Positions 11,001 to 24,700 of a DNA stretch of 64,000 bases are shown here, piece after piece. The position numbers and the translations under genes were made by a program. The stretch lies in the NCBI GenBank assembly GCA_036172245.1, contig JAYWIR010000005.1:5828001-5892000 (forward strand), read 5' to 3'. The notes below the pieces were generated by a model. It did not search any database. It was not told the origin of the DNA and saw only the letters and a program-made list of their open reading frames with translations. This stretch comes from Raillietiella orientalis. Its lineage: Eukaryota. How positions within the stretch are numbered: position 1 is the stretch's first letter; every line of letters starts with the position of its first letter.

Positions 11001-13749
11001 GAAGGTCAGGTGTTGTATCGCGCGTGAGGGAACGAAAAGCAAGAAAGTCACTGGAGGGCGAGGAACGAGGGTGTGCGGGCTAAGAGGCTTCGGAATGGTG
11101 GATTTGCCTTCGCTGAGGAGAAAGGAACCTATGGCGTATGCTTCACTTTTGAGGAATCAAGGGGTTCTCGAGTGCCTCGGGATGCGATACCCCAAGGCCG
11201 ATGGAAGAGATGGCCTCCGATATGAGGCGTTGCTTTTTCGAACCCTCCAGCTGAAGGCATTGTGGTCAGTGGACAGAAGAAATAGGGACTTCTTTTCGGC
11301 TTAGAGGAAACGTATCCCACGGAAAGGGAGCCTGCCAAGGGGAGGAGCTGACTATCTCCTGGAAAGGGTTGTCTTCGTTCTGAGAGGTTCCCATGAACTC
11401 GGATGCTCGTCTGGAAGCAGTTAAGAGAACTAACGGGAGGCTCTCCCGACATCGGACGCGGGGGCTTTGTCATTCTGGCCGCGAGCGCCGCAAACCGCCG
11501 CCGTGTGAGACAACATGTTTGTTCTTAGGACTTCAGAAGCTGTTTCCCACGGCTCCAGCAGATTGAGCGATTCCTGGGGGGTATCTCGTTTCTACGAGTT
11601 TTCCCCGAAAAGAGCGGCTCCTTTACGCATTTCGAGTACCTCTTCCTGCTTTTATCTAGCGGTAATCCCGAGAAGTTTCAAGGCTTCTGCGTCGCACCCG
11701 CATCTGACACCGTTTCTCGGAAAGCACAGACAGGTTAATTCTGCTTATATTGCCCCCTCGAACTGGAGAGGCCAGGCTTTCTCGACAGAAGCAAGGAGTT
11801 CCAAAGGTACCACTCTCATTCTCTGAGAACACGCGTCCAAACGAACGCGCAGCGGGCGTCAGAGACAGAACTACGTCCGAACAGGCGAAGACATGGACGT
11901 AGTGGTGGTCATGTACACTGCGCTTGTACAGCACAAGACCATCAGAGGAAGGAGGGAGCGAGATTCCTCTATCCCCGTCTGTTTTGAAATCATGGGGGGG
12001 GAGGGGGGAATGATGTACACTGTACGCGCAACCTTACGGCGGACGTCAGAGCTCACGAGACTGAGCACCTGGCTCAAAAGTAATAGTCACCCTCTCCCCT
12101 ACCTCTTACCATAATATAAGATCACTGAGAGATGCGCGAGAGGAACAACGCTTTCCAGAAGCGAGGTTCTTCCTCTCGAAGTGCAGTTCCCCCCCACTCC
12201 CCATCCGGAGCAGGCAACCTCCTGACGTCAGATCCCGGAGATCATGGCGCCTCACAGAAGCAGTAGCAAGAATCAAACAAGTTTCCTGCTGCCAGGACCA
12301 GTTGGTGCCTTGCCACCAACTGGTCCTGGCACCAGGGAACAGCAAGCAGGGTTCCTGCCCTCTTTGAGAGGCCCTACACGCTGCTCCCTTCCTCCATTCC
12401 GTCTAACGACGAAGCGATGGAAGGTGTGCTCCAAAGCACAGCATTCCGGACCAAATTTGCTTCTTCGCTTCTTCCTCACCTCCTTTCCTTGAAATAAAAA
12501 AAAAAGCAGCAGACGAGTCCAAGAGATAGCTGGACAGGCGACTCTTGCCTCCAAGGCGAAAAAGCAAAAATTCCTTCGGGCAGGAAGAATGTCCTCAGTG
12601 ACTGAAGGATCGATTCCCCTTCCTCGGAGTCCAACTCTTTTTCGCTCGTCCTTCTTCTCCCTGCATGGGAGCGAGAGAGATGGGCAAGGGGAACGCAAAA
12701 TAGCAGATTCTTACTGCTCGCTCCTCGTCGCGCGCCAATCGCTCCATCTGCGGAGGAACGCTGCAACTAAACCAGCCTTGAGACTCAAAATGTGTAGATG
12801 GCGCCAGGCCAGGACACCCGTTAACCCGTTCGTAAACGACGAGTAGGGAAAGGAAGAACTGAGGAAAGGGGAAAGGAGGGAAGAAGAGGATAGGAAAAGG
12901 TATGGATGCTCCACGGAATCATCATGGTCCGGCCGCTCACCCTCTTGGCTGAATGTGCGCGTCTCCGGAGCTGCCGAAAACTGTCAGGGACACCCTCCAC
13001 CATGTCCTCCAGAGGCGGCGTCTCCAGAAGATAAGATGGGGGGTGAGCGAAGGCCGCAGGGATATCAACTTTTCTTCCCCTTTCTCCTCCACTTCCTGTT
13101 CCGCCGTTTCCTCGAAGCGATTCCTAACGGATGACCTGAGAAAGGTCCCGGGGACGTGGACACTTCAGCGCGTTCTCTTTATCCTCCTCCCTTCCTCCTT
13201 GTTCCTGTGGTTCTACGAGAACGCTCTGGTCCTTGCAGCCATGACTGCTCGAGCGTTTCGGCATCCCAGTGCCCCGTGACCCATTCCTTCGAGCAGAAAC
13301 AGGCGTCAGCCAGCCGAGACCCTCGCCCTCTGGGCGGCGATCTCCAGTCCCTCGCCGGATCCCCTCGAGATTTTCGAGTTAAGAGGCATGGGGTGGGTGG
13401 GAGGTGGGGAGGAGAAAAAGGGGCGGAGGTGCCTTCCGCCGAAGGGGAACGCGTGCGGAAGCAGGCAAAGTCCGAAACGGAGTTTTGTGGGGAAGACGAG
13501 AGAGAGTGCGGCGCAGCGATGACGCCGTCTCCTTCCTGCCTTCCTGCGGGCGTGAAGATGGCGGCGGCGCTCCTCGAGTGGTCCACCCTTTCGTCCCCCC
13601 TCGTCACTCGCTGCTACACCTTCTTGACGCGCTTTCTGGAGCGGTTCCTCAGGAGACCGCTCAGGACCGCCTTCTAGCCGCCCTAAGAACGCAGGAGGAA
13701 GACAGGAAGGGGACGTTCGCGGCCGGAAAGACAGAGGGAGGACGTCCAT

Positions 13750-14330
13750 TCAGAAGGATCGTCCAGAAGGACGAGGACTGCCCGGACCGCAGGCAATCGA
13801 GGCGCGTCGTTTCCCTGGTTCCGGCGATGACCCGCACAGCTAGATCCAGTGATGCTGCTGCCTGGATGGCGCCTGGGCTACGCTGGCAGTGCCGGAGAAT
13901 AGGTACCGGGAGCAGGTCAGGATAGGGACACCGCCGGTAAAGTCCAACGAAATCAACGCCGCCGGTTGCGGCTGTGGCTAGGAAGTCCCAGTTCCCCCCT
14001 CCCTTCACCCCACTGCTCACCTGTGTCTTACAGAATGCTAGAGAGGAACTCTGATCCATCAGACACCTCGATCCCATAGAATGCCTCCTCCACGTCTCCA
14101 AGGGATGCCTATTCATTGGGGTTTATCACGCCGTCTCGGGGATGCACCGCTGGCAGGACGTGGCAGCGCGTCGCGAGGGACTTGCCATGAATCTGATCGA
14201 GGCGCGACTCGTAACTCACGAGGCGCGCTTCCTGGAGAATGTCCTCATCTCCATCGACCCTCTGGAGCACATCGTCCTTTTGAGCTCGCCAAGCTATCTC
14301 GTCTTCCACCTCTCCTCCTCCTTTCTATCC
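13750..14330 (-). mobile_element. Degenerate LINE (I/Jockey/R1-like) RT thumb-region relic
   Basis: EDEIAWRAQKDDVLQRV...IL (like D..L.W..H...V..K) followed by LAVRVIAGTRETTRLDCL (like ALR.I.GA.RTT...L). Confidence 0.4.
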
Positions 14331-14935
14331 TCGCCAGACGGTTGCCACGGCAATCGGACCGTCGCGCCGCCCGCTCCGATTTCGTCTACGCTTCCGGCAG
14401 TGAGCGTGCTGCTCATGCTGACCAAGAGGGCAATCAGGAGGGGCCAAGCGGTTACAGGACACCCTCGTTCCCAGACAACCTCTAAAACTGGTCGGAATTG
14501 GCAGGAAAAGCAGGACGGAGGAAGCTACAGCGAACCCAACAGCTACCGGGAATCTTTCCAGCGCGTCCTTCTCTGCTGCGGACTAACACGGGGGGGGGGG
14601 ACACGTTTGCTTACCTGCAGGCACCCTAGGCGATCGCGTGGGGGAAAGCGCCCCTAATGAGGGGCGCGCCGCGGAGGACTTTCCTTCACGTTTCATCCCT
14701 TCCTCCTCCCTCATAGGAGCGTCTTTAAGAGCAAAACACGCAGCGAAAGCTCAGGTAGTCGGGCTCGCCGCAGCTCAGAACGGGAAGGGTCCAAGAGTTT
14801 GTATCCTCGTGGGATGTGGATCTCCGGACCACTTCGTTCCTCCTTCTCCTTCAGCACTATGCGTGCAAAATGCCTCTGAGGTCAGAAGGGGACCCGGATG
14901 TCCCTCCTCTTGCCCCATGAGTCCAGACTGCAGAC

Positions 14936-15585
14936 TTTAACATTTAACACTGTCCACAGCACTCGAGGGTGCATGTAACTCTGTAAGTTATAGGGGGCAC
15001 CCCGGAGGAACCACTCTATGAATTCAGGGCGGCTCCGGAGGAAGGCATCTGTTCCTCCTTTACTCTTGGGAGGGTGTCCCGAAGGGAATCCTCGCCCTGG
15101 CTGTCTCTAGAGGGAACCCTGGAAGGAACTTCTTCCTTATTCTCACCGGAGGGGACTTCTGAAAAAGCACCACTCCTCAGTAGTTCTTGTCTGAAGGGAA
15201 CCCGCAAGAGAATCGTCGCTCCTTGTTGCTCTTCTAAAGAGAACCCGAAAGAACGCTTCCGAATTTCTCTGAAATGCCCTCCTCGAAAAGAGCAGCGCAC
15301 TTCTTACACTCTAGAGACGCAATTCCTCACCACCCCCCACCCCCACGAGGGAGGTATCAACCAGCTCCATGGAACGCAATGAAAGGTCCCCCCTCTCGGG
15401 GGAGGACGGTTCCATTTTCACAAATGAAAGGAGCCCCGAAGGTAACCGAATCCTTGATTCCTGGAAGGACTGCGGAGGGTCCATTTCCAAATCCAGGCCA
15501 GCCAACGGTGGCAACCCGTTTTCGGCTTCCATCGGTGCCGCACTTCAAGTCCATGGGCCAACAGACGTCATCTTGAGGTGGTGAC
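14936..15585 (-). mobile_element. SINE-like dispersed repeat, copy A (5'-truncated, lacks tRNA head)
   Basis: Reverse complement aligns by eye with copies at 50715-51480 and 52815-53537 (gatgacgtctgttggccc, ggttccctt subrepeats, 3' end ggacagtgttaaatgttaaa). Confidence 0.8.
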
Positions 15586-17386
15586 TCTTTAGCGTCCAGA
15601 CTTCTTCAGCATTCTCTGGAGGCTTATTTTGCCTCGTGGTTTCTTGGTTTTTGATCCGACAGCTCAAACGGCAAGTTTCCCTCTCTTTACTCAGCGCTCT
15701 CCGGAGAATCTTATGGAAGGGTTGGTCCCGTTTGGAACACCTGCTTCTTTCTCGTGACCTCACGCCACTCCTGAAGACGGAGAAAGGCATCTTTGATTGG
15801 TCTCAAGGAGCACCGGTTGTGGGAGAAATTATTTGCAAAAAAACTGAACACATGGACACTCAAGCAGTTCGATGATATCTTCAGAGGTGGACTTCCGATT
15901 ACTGGCTGCTAGAAACTACCTTCAGGAGGCTCAGATAACCCGGAACGAGCGCAGTCTCCACGGAAACTCACATTCGAAAATAGCAGGAATCGGAAAACTA
16001 TGCTTTAAAAGGCCTTTCTGGGACCGCTTCCCTCTGAGCTTGTTCTTCGGGAATGCTAGCAGAGGCGTGGACTCTATCCAGGAAAATAGACTGAGACAAA
16101 GTCGTGTTTCCGCGGAAGCGCCTCCCCTAAGAAGAGAAGCCTGTGGGAAAGCACTGTATAAAAAGTCTTCATGTTTAGGACCGGCTTCTTCCTGGGCCAC
16201 ACCGTGGGACAGGTTACTCCCTTCCCTTTTTTTTCGGAAGCAGTCCTGGTCTTTCTCGAGCTCCATTGAAAGCCGGAGGCTTCCACTTGAGGGCGTAAGC
16301 AGCGTCTCGGAAGACCATGCCTCCATTTCTGGGAGGCGCCCGAAAATTTCTCCAGAAGGACGACTCCCTCTACCGGGGAAGGGTTGCCTCGTCCGAAACC
16401 CTTTTGAGAAACCGTCGGGGCTGGGGAAGAGGCTGCAAGCAAAGCCGGAAATATTCATCGGCGCAGTAATCACAGAGCGAATGATCGCGGCATGGAGACC
16501 AATGAATGCTCAGCCTCCGAAGCGAAAAAAATGAGACTCCCTCTCTCTCTCTGTCTCTGTCTCTTCACACGTGAAGTGGAGTTTGCTACAGACCTTTTGT
16601 TTTCGTTTCAGATGGAGGGAGGGGGGGAGGAGAAATCCTGTTCACGGCGCTGCAGACAAATCACCCCCAGGTCCTTCGGTTTCTCTCAAGGAAGCGCCCT
16701 CCTACAGCCTGACACGATTCAGATGACCTTCAGCTCGCTCTCGATTTGCACTTTTTCGCTCTCCTGGGGGTTCTTGCACCCGCCGCCACCTGCTCCCCCG
16801 CTCAATCGGTGCAAACGCAATGAGCATGATGGAACACCACAGCAGCGTGTCCGGTTAAGAGGGTTTGTTGTGGGGCGAGAAATCAAGGCGGGAGCGTCCA
16901 AAATTTGTGGTGATTCCTACCCTTCCCAAATGATTTGTTTCTTTACAGTCGCTTGCGTGGTGCCATCGACAATCCTCAAAGAGCCACGAACTTCCCCCTT
17001 CTGCTTTTGTTCCCCTCTCAGAGACCATTCGATGAGAATCAGCGTGCCTGTGATGAGAAAAGGAATCCGAGATGAAATGAATTTACGGGTCGGTCGATTC
17101 GAAGGTGAGCAGTTAATTTCCCGTGCGAGAGTGCCACAGTTCCTCCCCTGCAACATGGCTAATTGCTTGCCATCTCCATACATTACCTACTACTTGAAGT
17201 CCTCACAATAGGGCAGATGAAGGCAGCAAAGATCCCCTTCATTGAACCCTTCCCGGTGAATGAGGAGGGTCATTAGTGAAGGTCTTTATTGGCCTCCAGC
17301 GAGACGAAACGCTGCCAGAACAAAACCGAGCGCATGGGAGCCTCGCGCGGAATCGGGTCGGATGCCGCAAGTCGTCGTTCAACCAC

Positions 17387-17862
17387 CTTCCGAAGGATCG
17401 CGCAGGCGCTCCCGGAACGACAACATTCATCTGACCCCATGAAGCCTCTCCGGAGTTCGGCGCACCCCCAAGGCCTCTTTGTAGTTCAAGGAAGAGTAAC
17501 CCACGACAAAGCCTGCCGACCACAGAGGCCGATATATCCTTGTATCCTTGTCTTTCTCTGAAGGCTTCCAACAATAGGCGGCTGTTCGGTGCTGGCCGCA
17601 GCATCTTTACACAAATAGCCATCCCAGATTCCGTTCTGGGAATCCCTCCGAGTGTTTTCTTAGAAGCACGAACACCTGTTTGGTCCTCCCAGCCAGTCTC
17701 CAGGAGTCAGCTGGGAAGCTGACGCCTGGAGACTACGTGAGAGAGATGGTAGCTCCATCTCTGGAACAACGGCCAAGAAGTTTCAGAAACTTCTCTTGCA
17801 GACTATCGGAACGACAGCACTCACCTGACCCCATGAAGCCTCTCTGGAGTTCTGTGCACCTC
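17387..17862. repeat. Imperfect ~55-80 bp direct repeat pair (17387-17468 and 17782-17862)
   Basis: Shared core cggaacgaca(a/g)ca(t/c)tca(t/c)ctgaccccatgaagcctctc(c/t)ggagttc. Confidence 0.85.
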
Positions 17863-17899
17863 CTGGAACTCGTGCAGACCGCCAGGAGAGATGGCCCCG

Positions 17900-18400
17900 A
17901 ATGCGTCTGACAAATGGATGTTCCAGCAGTTGATTCCTCCGAGCGTCACGGAAACAACAGATAAAATCTATGTTATACCAACTGCGTCAAGCAACTGGTC
18001 CCAGCTAAGCAAGGGAATGAAAACAAGTCATTCCTGTATGAGGCCTCGACAGGGGAAGCAGGTCTGCAGATTCCCGGAAGCACATTCAGGTTGAGAGGGG
18101 AGAGAGAGCGGAAGGATTAACTTCTTCACTGGCCGGGAGTCTTCTGTAGATCTTACATGCGTGGCTTCCGTGCGGTCCACCGAAATGTCGTCCTCGCCTC
18201 TCACAAGTAGATTTTCCTCGCATCCGTCTCAAGAGTGCTTCCAGGTGCAGGCCTGTTTCCCGATGCTGCGTTTCATCCAACCATGCAGGCAGCACCTCAT
18301 CCTGGAATCCTTGCAAAAATCTCCTCCGGCTCTCCTTCGGCTCGAAGAGATTGCTCACCCTCACTACAGATCTTTGGGGCAGATTTTCTTCCACCACGTT
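17900..18400 (-). mobile_element. Possible LINE AP-endonuclease relic
   Basis: VRVSNLFEPKESRRRFLQGF resembles NVYAP...R..FF, and a downstream IDFIC resembles RIDY; heavily decayed. Confidence 0.25.
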
Positions 18401-21400
18401 CTTCCTTGGGTGCGAGTGAGAGAAAAAAAAAGTGTTCGTCCTTCTGGACTGTTTTTATAAACCAACAGAACTGAACTTCATCCAGATAAACCCCGGGGTA
18501 AAATTTGTTTCTTCTGATAACGGAATTCTCGAAAGGGAAATGTAAAGCTGCATCTCTTAACCTTCTTATCCTAGCCGCGCCCTTGCGCAGTCAGTGCTGG
18601 TATTTCATAGGTTTCCGTGAAGCGTCGGCCTTGAAGAATTGGGTGCTGTCCCTTACTCTTGCAGCAGAAAGAACAGTTTCTTTCCTACTGCGCTTCACTT
18701 CCTTCAGCGACGGCAGCAACATCACGTCTTGGCTACAACTTTCTTGTCAACGCCGTGTGCCTCTGCATCCAAAAAGCTGCCCGGCCGGCCTGAGATCCGC
18801 GCGGGGAAAAGTGCTTCCTCGTCCTTACGGAATCGATGGCAGGAGAAGGCGGGAAACATCTCCCGTACGTGAGAATGGGAACGGACAGAGCAGCCTTCGT
18901 TTTTCGTCAGGTGAGCCCAACTGCAACTACGGGTCCGTTCACGAGGAGACCAAGAGGGTTGGCATGGCAAATACGAAAACCTCCTCGCTCTCTTTTTCAA
19001 AGGGAAAAAAAAAACCAAAAGGGAAAAAGAATCTCGATGGCGCTCTGACTTCGAAAGTCGATCCACTGCCGGAAGCTGGGATTCGGCTTGATCCGGCCCG
19101 AGAGGGGGCGGCTGAGCCGAGGGCAGCAGGTGTCCGCCAAGTTCAAGGCAGCGGGTCTGCAGCTCCACTCCAGCGAGAGCAGAAAGCACAGCAGCACAGC
19201 AATCGAGAGAGTAAATGAGCCAAGGGAACCGAAAACGGCAAGCCAGAAGGGATAGGAAAAGGGAGGAGAAGAGACTCCGGAAGAGCAGTTTGGCACCACA
19301 ACCGATAGATGATCTATGGGGATGCGATAGTGCCTGGGAATATGAAACCTTCTCTCGGATGGAGGAAGTTCAGTCCCTTCAGAGACTGCAGATTTCTTTA
19401 ACTGAAAGAAACCTTGAAGACTCTCGGCGGAAAGAAGACGGTGGATGAAGCGCCTAGAGAAGGCCGGCGAGGGCGCGTGGGAGTTCAAACCCTTCCACTC
19501 GACGCTTCCTGTTAACTATTGCCAGAGAACAAAGAAAAGGAAAAGAAACAGATCAGTCCGAGGGATGCTTGAAGCTTCTCCAGGAGTAGCCATATTAATC
19601 CGACTGATTGAGGCGCTTTTCATCTGCCATCTCGCGGTCTATCCTTGCGATTCCTTCTTCTGCGAATTCCAACGCCCGCTCTCATTCCCTTGCTAGGATA
19701 CTGTGGGGTTTCGGAAATCGGGATGCGGTGCTGGTTTTATCAGTCCCACACGTCCTTCCCTTCAAGGTGTCACTCTGGTAGCGGTAACGCTCTCGAGTTC
19801 CAGGAGCAGACGAAAATGCGTCCTTCCTTCGCCCCTGATGGCCCTTGAGGAAGGAACAACCTTGAGATCAAAATTCTTCAAGAGCAGAGTCCTTTAAGAA
19901 GGCCTCGCATCTCGGGTAAGAAGGGAGGGTATGACGACGCGGGGCCAATCGGACGGAGCAGAGAGACAAGTATGGGTCGGGCTACGGGGACCGACGGAGG
20001 CGAGGATGCAGGAGGGGCAGGTGGGTGCAGTCGACCACCAAACATCCCTTACACAGCACTAGATGGCGTCAATTCGGCACATCCCCCTTGACCCCCGAAG
20101 ATTTCATACGCCCAACACGGCCCATCCCGCTTCCTCTTTCCTTTTCGCAGGATGACTTCGAAGCATGATTCGGGATCCCGAGCGGGCATCACTCGCGGTT
20201 TCAGCGAGTGAACGGTCAGCTGCCTGCTCCCTGTCGGTGCGAGCTGCCTCAATCTACCGGAGCCTCCTTCCCTGCCGCTGCTTTCCGTCCACGGATGGGA
20301 GCTTTGGGAACAGCGGGCGATCCAGGATGCCTGCCTCCCCTTCTCATGGAGCCCTCTCTCCATCGCTCCTTTTCTTCTCCTAGGGCGCAGCTGAGAATCC
20401 GGCTTTTCTGATGGTAGTAAGGAAGATGCTGTCAAGCTGAGAAGGGCGAAAAATCTGTGACTCGTTTTATTGGTGAAAGGGTTGCCACCGCCTCACATCG
20501 ACAGACGAGCCGAGTTGGGCGCCGCAGAGAAGGACGCATCTTGGAAATCTTTCCAGGATGGAGCGAAGGGTCGGGAAGTCAGTCATTTCCCCCCCCGAAG
20601 CTTCCTGGTCAAGAAGCCAGGAGCTCCTTCAGGCGATCGCTCCTTCCGTGACCTCAAATTCCCTGCTGCCCGGTAAAGACTCGGCGGCTTTTCTGCATCG
20701 GCTGTTCCTCCCAGAGGGCGGAACAGCTTATGCAGTGCCACTTGAGTCCAGTTCCGGTAAAGGAGAGAACCCTTGATCCTTGAAGGAGGTCATCATGGGG
20801 GAGTGCCCCCTGCCTCTCTCTCAAGATCCCTTTTGTTTTCCATCTCGCCAGAGTCTCTCCTCGACGCCAAGGTCTTCGGTGCAAGAATTTTGACTGCGCA
20901 GGTCATGAGACGCCCTGAAGATGGCCTCGTCCCATTATGCAATGCCTCTTTCGCGGCCAAGAGGCTCGGTCAGGAATAGAAGGAATGCGCTACCGCTTAC
21001 TTTCGGAATGGGGGTTCCAGTGACCCCGAAAGGGCAGGATGAACCAACCTTCACAGTCGAAAAAGGGAGACGGGGAAGGGACGAAGTAGGGAAGCTTTCA
21101 TCCCTGAAAGGTCGAAGAGCAACCCTCATCCTAATGGCCAACTCCATCTGCCTCTCCTGCTGTGGGATCAGCAAGAAGAGACGCGACCATCCAGCGTCCC
21201 TCAGAGAGATCTTCCGAAGCGAGAGGGGGAAAAAAGTGAGAGCCCACTTGCAAGAAGAGTAACCAAAAAAGAAAAAAAAAAAAGTTTATTTCCGCCGCAC
21301 TTGTCCACAAGCGTGCCCGCGGATGAGTTTCGAGGGATAAGCGCAGGGAGAGTCGGAAATCCGCTCCCTCCCGGGGCTGCCGCAGAGGAGGAGCCGCGGG

Positions 21401-21464
21401 CGAGGGTGGAGGCAGCGTGCACGCGCACGCGTCCCTCGCAACCGCCCCGTCACGATCCGCGTCT

Positions 21465-21703
21465 TCAGCGGACATCGCCAGCATCATCGCTGACGTGGAT
21501 GAGGAAGGTGAACGTCAGAAACAGGGAAACGCACAGGAGGATCATGACGACGAGATTGAAGTTCAGAACGTACACCTCCCACTTTTTCTGATGCAAGGAC
21601 GGCAAGGGAGCCACAGCCGGGACCTCAGCTTCCACCAAGTCTTCCGCCTTCCACAGCCTGCGCATGATCCTCAGCATTTTCTGTCGGATCTTGCTGGTCT
21701 CTT
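21465..21703 (-). CDS. SLC5 exon 14 (last TM helix)
   Basis: [30 protein letters not shown], then stop; ttttcag acceptor, phase 1. Confidence 0.8.
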
Positions 21704-24700
21704 CTGAAAAGCATGTGTCAGATATCCTCTCCCAAAGCACCATGGATTACCTCCTGAGAAAAGGATAGGATACGTACGTACACCACATAGCAACTGGTAT
21801 CCACGCACTTATCGTTCTTAAGACTTTTTAAGCAACCGAAAACATTTACAAACAGACGGTCCCCCTCTGACTGAACATGGAACTGTTAGAGCTAGATCAG
21901 TCTGTGCTATAAAAGGGCAACATACACACAATTGTATTAGAACACAAATCAAGGTACGTCCCATGGTTGGGAGCAAGGGTTACCAGAGGCGGAACGGCAG
22001 GAGTAATGGAAGGCACATGCTGCGTGGTTCGGGAGTGGGGAGGAGGACGAACTGCCAAGGAAAAAAGAAAATCGAACAAACATCGTGTAGGAGCATCCCC
22101 AGGACAAAGAAAGGAGGTAGAAGGGAAGAGGAGGAAGAATCTTCCTATGAGCTCACTCTACCACGAGCAAAAAGACAACATCTAAAGAATTCGCAGCTGT
22201 TCGGAGCCTGAGTGATGTTCACTCAGTCCATCATGTGTCGGTTAATCCACAGCTTCTCAGTACCAAAACGCGCACCAGTAGAGAAAGAAGCAGAAAAGTA
22301 GAAAGCGGCTCCCTGCTTCAACGTGGCATTTGCGTTGGGGGTTTACCTTCAGTTTGCTCCCTTCTAACGAGCCCTCCGGCGAGAAGAATCCGAGTGGAAA
22401 CTCGTTTACTGAGCAATCGAGAATGGGAACACGCAGCTACTACCGATCTTCTCGCAGTTCGGAGGAAGACCATGCCAGGAAAACAATGAAGAGGATCAGA
22501 GGAAGCCGAGAAAACACCATGGGGGTACCCCAAAGCAAAGCAAATGATCCCAAACGAGAGAGAGTCCGTACTACCTTCCTCGTCTTGGGCCTCATCCGCG
22601 CCTTTTCTCTCCACTTTTGCTGCTGCTGGCTGTATGGTTAAGGAGCTGCTTAACACAGCAGCAGTCACTGTCCCCGCTGCCTGGCCGCAAGCTGTACTGG
22701 TCAGCTGGCTGTTCGTGGTAGACGCGCCCCTTTTTTTGGTGGATAGTCTCATCTTCTCGTAAGCCGACCAAAGCGTTGCATTCTCGAGCTGCGTCACATA
22801 CAATGCAATACATTAGTCCACAAGTGAGCCATTCGACTTCGTGCACGGGAAGGGGAAGGCTGGGAGGATAACGGCGATGGGAGCGCCTGCGTGTATGGAG
22901 GGAATAGGAAAAGCGAGAAAGAGGACTCGCGAGGAAGCTGGAAGGGTTGTTAGGGAAGACTAGGGACTTCCGCGACCAGGACAAGAGCGCGAAAGATGGA
23001 GATACAATACAATGGAGGCAGGAATGTCAGAGGTTCTAGGTGGGTCTCTAGGCCAGTGTGGAAGCAGGGTACCTGAATGGAGCGAAACGGAGGGCTTACC
23101 ATGGGATGGTTGTGCTCCGGAAACAAGTAGCTGATAGCTATGATGGCTATCACGGTGACCCAGAAGGAGATCGCTGCGAAGTACATGTAGTGGACCTTTC
23201 GAAGGGCACACGGATATTGACTTCCCCAAAGCTTACTGCACCTTGCTCACCTTGGACAAGATAGCAGGCCTGTAGAAGGATTCGTAGCAACGGTTTTCCG
23301 GATACAGCAGCTCGAGGACCAGTCGGACGATCCCGATTGCGATGCCGAGCAGCAGACCATAAAATGCACTCTGGAGAAGGCCGGGTCCTTTGTTGAACAC
23401 GCAGCCATGTTCACAGACTCACCTGCTCGTTGACCTTTGGTGACAGAAGTGCCAGCAGGTAGACAGAGGCTAGGGGCGGAGTAAAGTAGGCAGTCAGAGC
23501 TTGGATGTAGATGAAGAGCTGTCCGCTCTGCATTTCCTGGATCACAGGAACCCAAGCCAAGGACACAACAATGATGATGAAGATGAATATCCTGGGAAGC
23601 GCGAGTTTTGACCTTTCCTTTTCAAGGCACCAACCGGACTCCTCAGCATTGGTCACAATTACCTTCCGACCAGAAGCAGTTCTCTGGAGCTGGAAGACGG
23701 TCTCATCCTTTTCCAGATGTCCAGAGTGAAGAGGCTGCTAGAGCTATTGAAGATAGAGATGAGGTCTGACATCAGCGCTGAGATCATCACAGTCAGCATG
23801 GCGCCCCGCACACCTGAGGAAGAGCGATAGCGAGTCCAGTGGTTTGAGACGCTTTGTACAAAGCACAGAGGTCTTTTGCTCAACTCGATGCCTGGAGTTA
23901 AACTGTTCGCGAGCGTTCCACACTTCCACATGCCACCCTCCGCTGTAAATTCCCCCTCTCCCTCCCCACTGTGGGACATTGAAGAAGGGAGAGTACTAGC
24001 AGCACACGAAAGAGAGAGCAGACTCTGCTCCATCTTTTCACGTGCTGTCCAGTAAGTGCTCTCCTCCTTCAGGGGAAACTTTTTCGAGCATCCCTTCTCC
24101 CCGGGAAGTTTTACCTGCGGGCATGATTCCCATGACCAGCCGGGGGTACGCGATGTTGCTGCAGCTCATTGGATTTCCGCACACTTTCTGACACACTTCT
24201 GGATCCACGCACCCGACTTCGTCGGGATACAAAACCCTGCTGATCATCCCAGGAATGATGATCATGAAGAGAGGGAGAGTTTTTAAGTATCCGGCCGCAA
24301 GAGTTCCTCCTTGGGCGTGTGAGAGGGACTTGGACGCCAGTGCTCGCTGGACCATCACCTGCAAAGAGACGAGAATCGCAGTTGGCAGCAACAGGGAAGA
24401 CGATAGGGATACAATAAGTATCCCTAATCAACTCTACACCGGGCCAGAGGATAGGAAGCCGTAGCATAGCAAGGAGTAACCTTTGCTCGGCCTTCCTTGC
24501 AAGTGGAGAACAAGAGCAGGGAAGAGTTTCGAGTAGAAAACGTCAGCGAATAGCAAGGTAAGGCGAGGAGGGAATGGTCCCGTGCTTCATCGTTTAGGCG
24601 CAAGGAAAGAGATCTCATGGAGAAGGGAGCAAGGATCTATTATCTTGGATATCTCGTCTTCTGTGGAGGGACAAATCTACAAGAATGTGCGTTTGCGTGT

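Noticed and set aside
13556..13677. AAGATGGCGGCG (YY1-like/start-codon context) suggesting a gene start
   Set aside because: It is followed by a short ORF with a stop and no convincing donor or homology, and it lies next to a LINE relic.
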